The notes under the pieces: model-generated
The model's input: the letters and a program-made list of their open reading frames with translations, nothing else
Database searches by the model: none
What the model was told of the DNA's origin: nothing
Assembly (NCBI GenBank): GCA_030264375.1
Contig: JASCQW010000081.1
Location: forward strand, 56,936,784 to 57,000,783
Source of the DNA: Carcharhinus longimanus
Taxonomy: Eukaryota
DNA: 64,000 nucleotides
Reading direction: 5' to 3'
Position numbers and translations under genes: made by a program
Shown: piece by piece, positions 13,020 to 24,632 of the stretch
Layout of the letters: the number at the start of each line of letters is the position of its first letter
Position numbering within the stretch: position 1 is the stretch's first letter

Positions 13020-13428
13020 CACTTCATTCCTGTCTGGCACATCACCTTCTTCTTGTCATCACACTCTCATCGCCATAGGCTCCAACCTTCTTCCTTCATC
13101 CCATTTTGTCTCTTGGCTTTTTGCTTTTCTTTTCTGTCCCTCCCTCTCTATCCTTTCACTGGATCTTTTTATTTTATCTGGTTTCTCTCTATTTCTTTCA
13201 CTCCCTTCTTTTCTCTCCCACCCCTCCGATCTTTCTTTCACCCACCCCCTTCTTGTTTTCATCTTCTTTTCTGCTCTCACTCTCAGGCTCTTTTCCATCA
13301 CCCTTCTTTCTTTATTTCTCCGTCTTTTTCTCACCCACTCGCTTCATTTATCCACCTTTGTCCCACCCATTCTCTCTCCGTCGTCTCCCTGTCTGGTTCT
13401 TCCCTTTTTATCTCTGTTGGGTTTATCC
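13020..13428. repeat. Polypyrimidine/polypurine low-complexity tract
   Basis: About 400 nt that are overwhelmingly C/T on the + strand. Confidence 0.85.
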
Positions 13429-13800
13429 NNNNNNNNNNNNNNNNNNNNNNNNNNNNNNNNNNNNCTGGGAAGTTGTGGCGAGGAGAAAAGTTTTCTGTTA
13501 TATTTTTGCAGTTCTTCTCTTTAGCCTGGTTGTAAGATGTTAAGTCCCAAATATTTGAATCTACACATTTTACGCAAGATTTATTCACAGTCAGCAAATG
13601 AAATGTTTTGAAGAGCCCCCAGTGCAAAAAAACAAACTAAAAATCGAACTTAAAGCCTTGCAAAGTGCGCCATGTGCCTCTCTGTAAAGGGAGAGTGAGG
13701 GAAGTGGAACAATAAAGCGGTACATACATTGTGTAAATTACGTTGCGATAAAGAATATGTTCGACCAGGAGCTTGAGAAATGCATTTCAAGTGTGAGCGA

Positions 13801-13818
13801 TGCGCCATCTGGTGGCAG
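13801..13818 (-). promoter_or_regulatory. CTCF binding motif
   Basis: Minus strand CTGCCACCAGATGGCGCA matches the CTCF core consensus CCASYAGRKGGCRS, in a locally CpG-retaining unique segment. Confidence 0.6.
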
Positions 13819-15429
13819 CTGCAAACGGCACGTCCGGAAAGGACATCACTTAATCTGCAGCAAATAATACTGCAGATAAAATCTGCAGTTAATGCTATGG
13901 CTCTTATCAAATTATCGTGTTGTGAATATTTTGTTGTTGATGTTCTAGGGGAGAAACACAGTTAATGCTACAGATTTGAACTATCTGCCAACAAGCTGCC
14001 CTTCAGTTTATAGATAGGAACAATATGTAGGCACTACTAAGTATTAGCACTGTTGTGTGCACAATCTGCAGTTATGTTATAGAAATGAGCACAGGTTATG
14101 ATTTAGGAACTCTACATTTAATAATATAGGAATAACTAATGGTGCAATGCTATAAAAATCTGCAGTCATTGTTTTTGGTACAATGTGGAGTTGAACTATG
14201 GGACTGATCATCAGCATTATTCCAGGAAATCTGCAGCCATTGCTGTAGGTACAATCTGCTTCCAACAGTGCTTTTCTTTTATATACAGACAAAACAATCT
14301 AATTGTTCTGAAAATAAATCTTATAATGACAGACTATATTTAGGTTAACAACTAGTTACAGGAAGCAGCCTCAAATTACAAATTGTACATTTTCATGTTT
14401 TGGCATGTATTTCTTTCTTGAAGGTGTGTTTTGTAGAACGCAATTCCAGTTTATACCTGCTGAATTCAGATAAGGAAGCTTGTTTCGGCAACAATGGAAT
14501 GAAAGGACTGTAAGATAGTTTGAATCATTCACAAGGATAATAAGAACCCTTGGAGGGTTCGTCTGCAAAAAAGGATTTGATCTGGGAAAACCTGTGGTCG
14601 GATAAAAGATTTTCCTTCTTCAGATTCCCTCTTATTTTTACCCTTCCTTTTCAGAAGCTGGAGGCTCATCCTGTCGTACTGTTCTGCAGTGCCAGAAGCA
14701 ATTTCTTCATGTTTGTGCAGAAGTGTGATTCCCAAAAGATTTTTCCCCCCTCTCCCTAGCCTAAGCCTACAATGGATGCCGGTTGTAGACCTCACTACTG
14801 CTGCTGCTCCAGCTAAGATCAGCCAACTCAGCACAAATCACGGATTGGATCAAGGACTCTCCTGATCTATATGATTTATTACCAGACCGGACAATGATTT
14901 AATTGGCTGAGCCATTGAGAAGCCATTTGTTTTTTGTAAAAATGTTTAAAGTACACAATTGTATTTCTGATTTCCATTGAGTACAGTGACTGTACTAAAA
15001 GAAAATTTAGAACTCTCCTGGGTTACCTATTGCTTGATTTGATAAACTTTTTCCATTCACAGAGTTCAATCAATTCTAGAGACCTGAAGCTAGAAACCAC
15101 TTAGATCCAATTCCATCTTATTACAAGTATGATGCAAGTGTTTTGGAAGTCTCTGCATTTTGTTTTGTGTATAATGTTTGATAATGTCTATGGCTGTGAC
15201 ATGATCATTTCAGTGCACCTTATAAAGCTATTTTTTAAACACTGCACAATGGTTTCATGCAGAAAGCCATCATGAAGTCAGAAGGACCAAGGTTCATATT
15301 TTGTTCTGTACTAAGTTATCTGTTCTCAGTTAGAGCAGTGAAAAGGCAATTACATCTGGTCTCGCCATCTTTTGGAGAAGGTGTAACAAAGGTTTACTAG
15401 ATTGATTTCTGAGATGAGAATGCTGAGGA

Positions 15430-15845
15430 AAGATTGAGTATAATAGGCCTGTGTTTGCTGGAGTTTGGCAGAATGAGAGGTGATCCCGTTGAAACATATA
15501 AAATTTTGAGGGCTTGACAGGGTAAGCTGCCCAGAGGCTGTTTCCCATGGCTGGGGAATTTAGCACTAAGGGCCATAACCTCATGACAAGGGGGTCAGCC
15601 AATTAGGACTGACATGGAGAGAAATTTCATTTTCAGAGGGTTGAGAATCTTTGGAATTCTCTACACCAGATGGTTTTGGATGACCAATTTGTTTTTGGTA
15701 TATTCCAGACTGAGATCAACAAATTACAATCACAAAGGAAATGGGGATAGGGTGGGAAAGTGGAATTAACACTGATGTTCAGCCATTGACTGACAGTATG
15801 GCAGAACAGACTTGAAAGGCTGAATGGCATTCTCCTATTCCCACT
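15430..15845 (+). mobile_element. CR1/HER1 LINE 3' fragment
   Basis: Typical CR1 ORF2 end (gaatgagaggtgatc..gaaacatataaaatt...tttcagagggttgagaatctttggaattctctac) and tail. Confidence 0.7.
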
Positions 15846-18504
15846 TTTTATGCAAGAAAAAATATATACTTGATCACAATTCAATGATTTTAATAGCATC
15901 ATAGAATGATTACAGCACAGGAGGCCATTCAGCCCATCGTATCTGTGACAGACATATTATTGAAATGTTTGTGGGCTTCAGGTGAAGTTGTGACTAGATT
16001 CTGTTGTGATGCCATTAACAGCTGAGTAGCCTAGAGCCAATTCTTAAAAATGGTCACCTGAATTATGCATTGGAAGGTAGCTTGAGCTGTAGCATCAATC
16101 AGCAGTTTCAAAACTTTTAGCAAATTGGAAGGAAAAAGCTTGTAATTGAAAGCATTGTACTTGTCACAGATTGTATGACAAAGGTTTTAAAAAATAAAAA
16201 CCTTGGAGACCCCAGAAGACTGAAAAGCAACCAACCCAGCAGCAATTAATAAGAAACTTTGGGAATTCTAGACCAATGGACTCGACCTCAGATTTAGTAA
16301 AATCAAGTGATTATTGCAAAGGACTCAATTCAGGGTCAACCTTTGAAAATAAAGATGAGACATAAACCTAACATTGATTTACAACTGAGATCATGCCCTA
16401 CTAGTTAATTAGATTTTTCTTTCCTGAAAAATGTGACTTAGCATTTGGTACACAATTTAAAAAGAGCAACATTTTGTGTGACTTTCTAAAGACATTTGAT
16501 ACATCACCTACTTTGAAATACTTCATGAGGTAGTGAAGGTGAAATTTCAGCCATGGAATGCTGCAAAAGCTGAAACAAACAATGTTTTGACAACATAAAC
16601 TGAGAGAAATTATAATTATTATTTGGGACCGAGTAAATGCATTATATAGTCTTGCAATATATAGACAAAGGTTCAATTTGCATGTGCTGAACTAGCTGAT
16701 CTCAATCCAGATAGAAATAGGTATGACACAAAATGAGCAAAATCCAGTCCTCATCTGACATCCAGATATGAGTACCTTTCAGACACACCCACTGGATAAC
16801 CTTCAGAAACCCAACTTGTCTCTTATTTCTGAGCCAATTGGGCAGAGGCCAATGATAGCTTCTCTGCTACCACTCTGACTACAGTCAGCTAACACAAAAT
16901 GAGAAATCAAACCTGGGGATATTCCTAATCTGCATTGCTTATTAACAGGTGATTGTTCAAAGCATTTACCCATCGAGTATTGATTTAAAGAAAAGGGAAA
17001 CATGTTTTAATTTATAAATCCTTCAATTCTTTGTTATTGGGGCAGAAAGTTTGTAAGTCACCAACATAAGTATTGTGCAACAGAGTTCTCCCATCCACTT
17101 AAGCAACAGGTTTACTTAGAAATGCCTGAATAAGGAATACTGGCCTTCCATCTCTGGAACTGATTTGAAATGATTTTGGATGGACTGAATTTTATTGCTC
17201 AAAGGCCATGGACCAATAGAACAAAAGTGCTAATTTGACAACCTCAACTAGAAATTTATGTACAATTAGGAGCAGGCTGGCTAATATTGGAATTGGAAAA
17301 TGTGTCACGCTCTGTGCCAGGTGTTTATAAATATATGGGTTAAACTTAATTTCAAATTAATTCACAGGATATGTATTTAAATGTGTTTGTGAAAAAAAAT
17401 CATATTATACACTAGAGAGCAATGATCATAGAGCAATGACTGTTTGTGGAGCAAAAGGAGCCTGAGTGGAGCCTAAGATAATGATCCGACCAATCTATAC
17501 ACTGTCTGAATGTTGGATTATATCACTAGGAAGGACTTTTACTCGGCTGCATAACCTCTGTTTCTGGAAGAGTTCCGACTGCTTTCTAGCATCCCCAGGT
17601 GTGCAGTTTATATACATAGATTGGTCAGATTGTTATCTCATACATGTTCANNNNNNNNNNTCACAGGCTCTTTAGCTCCACATTCAAAGGAGTACAAACA
17701 GTAGTGAATTCATTGTTCCCCAGTGTAATTGTGATATACCTCTCCTTGAAACAAAGATTAAGGCTTTACTTACAAATATTGCATTATTTTATGAGAGACA
17801 GTATAATAACTGTAGAAGCAAAGTATTTTTAGTCTAAACCTATTCCCCACTAATTATTATAATCAAATAATTAGAATTAAATTTAACAGGCTGATCCAGA
17901 GAAAACAGAACCTGCCCCATGGAGGTTAAGCCTAACATGTTTTGGAGTGGATTTAAAGTTCCGGCATCTCTTAACTATAGAAAGCTCAATGTCCTGATAC
18001 AATCAAATTGACTGATAGATGAATTGTGCCAAATTCAAGAACTTTAATAATAAGATCTCTGAGATCTGAATATNNNNNNNNNNGAAGCTTCTGTTCAAGT
18101 TTTTCTTTGTACAAGAAGCTCCTTTATGAGAGAACCACCTTGACCATTACCTCTCTGTCTTTCCCTCTCTGTGCATCACCAGGTTTGATATTGAAATTAA
18201 TAGACTAAGGTCATAGACTTGACTTTTTTAAATTGGCTTCAATAGCCTGGAAAGAAAATAGAGGTTTTCCACTCTTGATGGCAGTAGTACAATGGGCTCA
18301 GTTGCAACACCCTCCTTGATCAGATATTGGATTAGCATAACACTACATTCTGCACTCTCGTTTCCTTTTCTATGAAAGGTATGCTCTGTTTGTATTGCAC
18401 ACAAGACAATACTTTTCACAGTAAGCTAATACATGTGACAATAATAAATCAATTCAAATCTTGAGACAGATAAGAGAGATTAACTTTTTTTTGTCAGAAA
18501 GTTA

Positions 18505-18890
18505 TAACCTGCACTTACATAGCACCTTCATGACTTCAGGATGTCACAAAGTATTTTATTTGCAATGAATTACATTTCAAGCATAGTCATCGATGTAGAG
18601 TAGGAAACACAGCAAGATTCCCCAAATATGATAAATGTTATATTGTATTATCTCTTCCAGTACTTTTGGCAAATGGATAAATATTGTTCAGGACACAGAA
18701 GCAGTTCCCTGCTCTTTTTCAAAATAGTAACCATGGAGCCTTTTACATTTGCTCAAGGCAGACAGGGCCTCAGTTTTACATTTCCTCTGTACTGGGAGTG
18801 TCAGGCTGGTTTATGTTCTCAAACTTTTGGTTTAGGATTTGAACTCACAACCTTGTGACTCAGACAAGAGTGCTACTACTAACGTATAGC
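18505..18890 (-). mobile_element. Deu-domain SINE (SacSINE1/AmnSINE-like)
   Basis: Reverse complement shows a tRNA-like head, Deu core and L2-type tail; related fragments at ~19055-19260, ~23990-24210, ~43200-43435, ~51065-51280. Confidence 0.6.
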
Positions 18891-21680
18891 TGACATTATG
18901 GGAGTAGCAATTAAGAGTATCTGAAAGTCTTAGCATATATCACTTGAGTATTTTCTTTATAAAAGTTCGTTGTTTCCTTGATGATAGCAATCTCATCTCA
19001 GATTAATTTAACATTTGGATGAATTGAATGCATTATCTAGGCTAATATTTCAGTTATAGCATTGAGGAAGTGCTGTCGGAGGTGTAATCTTTCAGATGCA
19101 ACATTAAACTGAGATTTTCTCATTTGTTTAGATGGATGCAAGTGATTCCAAGAACATGTAGAGTTTTTCTTTGATATCTTGGTACATATTTAGTATTCAA
19201 CTAACCATTTATTAAATTAAAATCTGAAGTGACTGCACTTCACTAACAGTCTGAAATGTCTAGAGATGTAAATTATATTAAAACACCTTCGATTTTCTAA
19301 ACACATTTTTACCAGTTTAGTTTTGTTTTAAATGTTTCAGCTTTTCAGGGATCAAATATTTAAATGGCAGAAGTACCAATTTTTGTTTTCATTGCAACAT
19401 AGTCAAAAACAAGATGGTTTGAAAAACTTATATAGGTGTCATAATGGGGATATAGGGGAACCCAAGTGCTTAGCTCAAATGAGTTTTGTGCCAAAGCATG
19501 AAAGTCGCAAAAGATTCAAACAGATCTCTCACTTTATAGTATTAGGATGCTGCAATATCTACTCAGGAATGAATGAGAAACCAGTTAGAGGCACACTCAA
19601 ATTCAGATTTGTTAAGACTACAATATGCTGAAAGTGTAGAAAGTCAATTGGAGATAACACACAAGTACGGGGCCGGAATGTTCTGTCTAACTTTAGTTGG
19701 ATCATCACATTGGCAAAACGACACAAGTCTTTGAATCTCAAACTTGTAAGTTTACTTTCTCGTGTGGCAATAAATTCATACATGAGAATAGTGGGTACTC
19801 AAGTATTTTAATGATTTGCATTAAATTTTCCCATCCTGACTTGTGCCAGCAGGATATTCATTTACATTTCTCTATAGGGAACAGGTCATAAAGCTGGAGA
19901 ACATGTCAAAACTAAATGCTCTTGTGGATACCTCAAGAAGCACCAATGGACTAGAAAATTCTAGAAAAACACAAAATGCATCACATTTAAAATACATCAA
20001 CTCAGTTTGGGATTTATTTTGATTAGATTGTTAGTGTTCATGGAATGGAACCATTATAATTTGTTGAGAGTCCATTGACTGATGTGTTAGTCCACGCACC
20101 ATTCGTTTGGTGGGACAAATGCAGTATTTGTAACCTCAAGTACTTCCTGTGCTTAGCCCTTTTTGTTTTCTTTTCGGTTTCCCCAACATTTCCAGATTCC
20201 TAATCCTCTTTTGAAGGCAAAATTTTAAGAGGTTATACTTCCCAAGTGTCAGGTATCCTTAAGTGCCTCAAAGTAGTGCTTATTATTCACGTGTTTTCTT
20301 TCCTTCAATGACAGTGGATTATTTGACAGCAACAGCACCACAAAATCCACAGTGCAAAAATATTCTTCCAGATTGATCACTTGATTGCAAGAAAGTGCAA
20401 ATAGTTTTAATTTCTGCTTCCCTAACCAAGACCACTGTGCTCACATTGCAAAGATTAGCAGAGCTACATTAAAGACAACAGCAAATTACAATCCCTTCAT
20501 AAGAGTTAGCAGATAGAGCAGTGAACTAAGAACATTCTGAGAATAAGCAAAGTAGCAGACACAAGGGGATAAACAACAGAACTGAAGAGCTATATGACTT
20601 ACTTTGTGCTCCTACTACCTATGTTATGTTAATATTAAGAGAAAGAAAAGGTCAAGACAAAAACGAGAGCAAGTAAAATAAGAGGGGGAAGTATTGCAAT
20701 CACCAACCTTGATGTGGAAATCCGTATTAACCTCTGATTTTGGTACACAAAAACTGTAGTTGCAGCCATAAGCAGAAATAAGTGGACAGGGAAGGAAAGT
20801 TGTAGAGAAAAAAAGTCAATGAACATGGAAAGTTAGGAATTCATTCCAGAGAACTGGAGTCGTTCCCAAACAGCCATTCAGATAGTCCCTTGCCTCCACT
20901 TCCTCTCCATTCTGTTTATAACAATCATTTAAAATAAATTACAAAAAATGCTATAATGGAATCTCTCCCACCATGGTTTCTGGTAGGGTTTGACATAAAC
21001 CTAACAACCTCCTGTATAATAGAAAATTCTACTGACCTCTCCTTTTTTTGGATAATCAAATTTATTCTCTCAAAATCAGTTTTTTTTCCTTGATTTGCCT
21101 TTACAAAACTTCTTTTGAGCACCTTTTCCTACTCTCATTTGAGCTTTCACTGCACAATTAAAGCCGAGTGATTTGCTTCTACATCATCTATGCAGTCATG
21201 CTGTCTGGAACCAGGATATCCAAAACCAGCTTACATTACTTTGTGTAGGAAGAGCATTACCTCTACTTTTACACTTTATGCCCATATGAATCATGTGCAT
21301 TTACAAACATAACTTTATCAATTTGTCCCTCCACTTGAGATGTGTACCTCAGCATTTGAAAGTTTTGATCATTTACTGAAAAGAGAGTATGGGTTTGATC
21401 CCTATAGAGGATGAGCACATTGTTCTTTCATCTTCAGAAACAAAGTTTATAACCAATCCAGATAGCCTTTTGTACAAACCTGCAGAGTTAACTTGCTTTG
21501 TGTGTTCATCTATATCGTGTAACAAGACAAAAAACCCCCAATTTTCTAAGATAAAGCCACCAGAATTTGCAGCATGTAGTTAGATTTTTAAAAAAAATCA
21601 AGATAGTAGCAACCCTGCTTACACCTAGAAAAAAATAAAACCACATACTGTGAAACACTGAAATAGACCACCACGGTGTA

Positions 21681-21787
21681 TTTATTAAATACAATGTTTA
21701 TTAAAGTGAACACATTTTATTAAAAATACTGTCTTAGAAATTAAGTCACTGATGTTCATTTTGTTAGAATAGATTCAATTATTTATT
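21681..21787 (-). terminator. KEAP1: KEAP1 polyadenylation signal cluster (4x AATAAA)
   Basis: Plus-strand tttatt at 21681, 21697, 21716 and 21782, followed on the minus strand by a GU/U-rich tract; 3' UTR about 0.8-0.9 kb. Confidence 0.75.
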
Positions 21788-22006
21788 TTGGAAATCTTTA
21801 CCGAAGTCCTAGTGCAAAATAATCTGGTATGGCACCGGCAAACTGTCGTACTTAAATTCCACACTTCCCCTTCTCAATACAGAGCACAAGAGAAACCAGA
21901 TGTAGTGAGCAAAAGGAGAAAATCTTTTAAATGGATGTTCCTTCCAGTGCCCATCCCCCTGCTCCTCCTCTAATTCTGTGCAGCAAATGTAATCCGACCT
22001 GGATTC

Positions 22007-22081
22007 TGCACTCTCACATGGAACAGAGAGTCGTGCTCCAATTTACTACCATATGCTCATCTATTACGGTTATTTAGTGCA
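22007..22081 (-). promoter_or_regulatory. SECIS-like (type II) stem-loop in the KEAP1 3' UTR
   Basis: mRNA: UGCACU..AUGAG CAUAUGGUAGU AAA UU GGAG CACGA CUCU CUGUUCCAUG UGAG AGUGCA. Fits AUGA-N12-AA-N27-GA with helix II pairing and an apical mini-stem; the helix I internal loop is atypical. Folded by eye only. Confidence 0.35.
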
Positions 22082-22546
22082 TGCTGTTCAAGAAGTGGGT
22101 AATTACAAATATCAAAGTTAATTAATTTAGGTAATTAGCATATTGTTACAAGATGCCATTCTCATTAGAACATGGAAATTGTCTTTGGGAATAGGTGATA
22201 AACACTGTAGATTTCAGATTGGTGAGCAAGACAAACCCTGCAACACAAACCCACCTGTGAATATCTAACAAGTATTCATTAAGCACTCTAATTGGACTGT
22301 TTGTGGGATTCAGAATTTACAATCCTCATCAGTTATTAAATGTCAAATTAAGGGGGTTTATATAAATTCTTTAAAGTTACAGGAAACAAGTGCAAAAAAC
22401 CCAAAAAACTGCTCTTCTGTGATCTGACTGCATAGGTGAAATTGGGATTTACAGCAGAGAGCCGGTACTGTCTTTCAAAATGATAACCGCACTATAAAGT
22501 CCAGTAGAACTGTTATGATTGGAGATTGATCCAGAAATTGGGAACA

Positions 22547-22695
22547 TTAGCGCCGAGCCAAGTTGCACGGTTCCATTGTCACAGCCACACCAACACCACT
22601 CCTGCCCGAGGTCATCTCTGTCACTTCTGTCCATTGACCAGTGTCTGGATCAAAGCATTCTACACTACTGAGGAAATCTTGTCCATCATAACCAC
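22547..22695 (-). CDS. KEAP1: KEAP1 last coding exon (Kelch 6 + CTR): [48 protein letters not shown]
   Basis: Acceptor ttttatttacag|GT, phase 1, TAA at 22549-22547; strong similarity to the human KEAP1 C-terminus. Confidence 0.96.
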
Positions 22696-24285
22696 CTGTA
22701 AATAAAACAAGTACATCAAAATGTGAATGCTTTGCATCCACTGAAATTAACATTCCTGCAATTCAGCTTTGACTATTTTTTTCTTTCCACAGATGTTGTC
22801 AGACCTGCTTATGCCCATTGCTATCTCCAAAAAATTTAAACTCTGACCAAAATTGGGTGAATTTATGTCTGTGACCTCGACAAAATACCTGGCAGTATTG
22901 GGGAAACTTGCATATTGTCATTCCTGAAGAGCCACTAATGACCCTATGTGGGCTGCAGACAAAATTCAAGAAGAATTATACAAAAGTCATTTGCATATCA
23001 TAACCCAGGCTGGACAACAGGAGTTTGCCTGTCTAAGACAAATGATCTGCAACCTTCCTTTCAATTCTTAATGGATGAGACATTTAATGACCTCTGGATC
23101 CAGACGTGGGATACATGTCCTTTATCAAAGAGTGTGGAAAGATGGGTGTCATGTAACATGGGCCTCTGGCTTGTGGAACCAGTAATATTTCCTTGCTAAA
23201 CTGTAAAGTCTCAGTCTGCTTTTTATCTGATTGGCAGCCTCATGTGCCATTTCTTACAAGACAGATTCATCTGTACATGTCTATCTCATTGTGAGATTGC
23301 AGGATCTTAATTGTATCTGCTATTATACTAAAGTCTGTTTCATTTTTGGGCTTAAATAAAGAAGTGCAATAAAATATTTTCAGTTAAGTTTACTACTAGA
23401 AAAATTGGAAAACTGGAAAAGTTTTTCGCTCATTGACATCTTGTGAAGGGATGCCTCATTGGACTTTGAGTCTGGACTTCAGGATTCAAAATAATATTTG
23501 TTTTCTATATGGTTTCTGCACTCCAAATCTTTCTTTGCGTTCATATAGTGAAAGCAGGATAGAGTAAAGGGGGCAATATTGTGACCTTCCTGCATCTTGA
23601 GTTTGTGCAAATAAGCTAACTTTTGAGTTCCCTCTATCTTGAATTTGCTGTGAGGTTAATAGAAAATTGGATCTCACCAACACTGAGGGACTGAGGAAAA
23701 AATGCCATTTCTTATAAAGGAGTAAGGAAATCAAAACAACTGTTTATGGAAGGATAGAGAGAGAAATTAGTGTGTTTAAATTAACCCCTTCATGCCCATA
23801 GGTAGAGGTAGAGATAATCTCACCCGCCTGCTCTCCAGCAGCGTAAACCAAATAAAAGTAATTGCAAGTCTTGGTTTAGTGGTAGCACTCTGGATTCTAG
23901 TATGAGAATGTCAATGATGTTTTTGTTGTTAGAACAGATTCTTTTCTTTCTTTTGGATATCTATACCCAAGTGCAGGAGCACAATAAACAAGTAAAGTTG
24001 TGGGGTGAAGCCTCAATCCAAAGACTTGAATCACTTCAGCGCAGTAAATAGAGTGCCATCTTTTGCATGAAATGTTGAACTCTCACCCAATAGGCCTGCA
24101 ATTATCCAATAATTCTGCAACACTGTTTTCAGGAATTTACTTGGCATGCTTGCCTATAATGACCACACTTTAAAAAGTACTTCATTAGCCAAGAAAGCAG
24201 TTTAAAACAAAGTTATTTCTTCCTTTTAGGGAGAAAACTATATAACTTTCCCAAGATGACAAAGGCATATCTGGTTAGAGATTCT

Positions 24286-24632
24286 CATGATGTGGAGATG
24301 CTGGCATTGAACTGGGATAAGCACAGCAAGAAGTCTCTCAAAACCAGGGTAAAGTCCAACAGGTTTATTTAGTAGCACAAGCCACAAGCTTTTGGAGCAC
24401 TACCCCTTCATGGAATGCGAGTTCCATTCCAACCATTATCTTATAAATTGAGTTTGTGTCTATATATGCCCTNNNNNNNNNNNNNNNNNNNNNNNNNNNN
24501 NNNNNNNNNNNNNNNNNNNNNNNNNNNNNNNNNNNNNNNNNNNNNNNNGAAGGGGCAGTGCTCCAAAAGCTTGTGGCTTATGCTACCAAATAAACCTGTT
24601 GGACTTTAACCTGGTGTTGTGAGACCTCTTAC
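24286..24632. mobile_element. Penelope-like element remnant with inverted pseudo-LTRs
   Basis: 24331-24410 and 24550-24632 are reverse complements; flanked by direct repeat TAGAGATTCT (24276-24285 / 24633-24642); same family as 27133-27947. Confidence 0.75.

Noticed and set aside
11864-13543. Long ORFs with HPxLTV repeats or Ser/Leu/Phe-rich composition
   Set aside because: Artefacts of a stop-poor minisatellite, a pyrimidine tract and N runs; open in several frames on both strands.
22130-22330. Other AUGA-initiated hairpins in the KEAP1 3' UTR (22329, 22279, 22165)
   Set aside because: They lack the correctly spaced AA and/or the 3' GA of the SECIS quartet.
22470-22549. Readthrough of the KEAP1 stop to restore C-terminal cysteines
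   Set aside because: The stop is UAA-U (efficient termination) and the downstream peptide CSQFLDQ does not reproduce the CxC tail.
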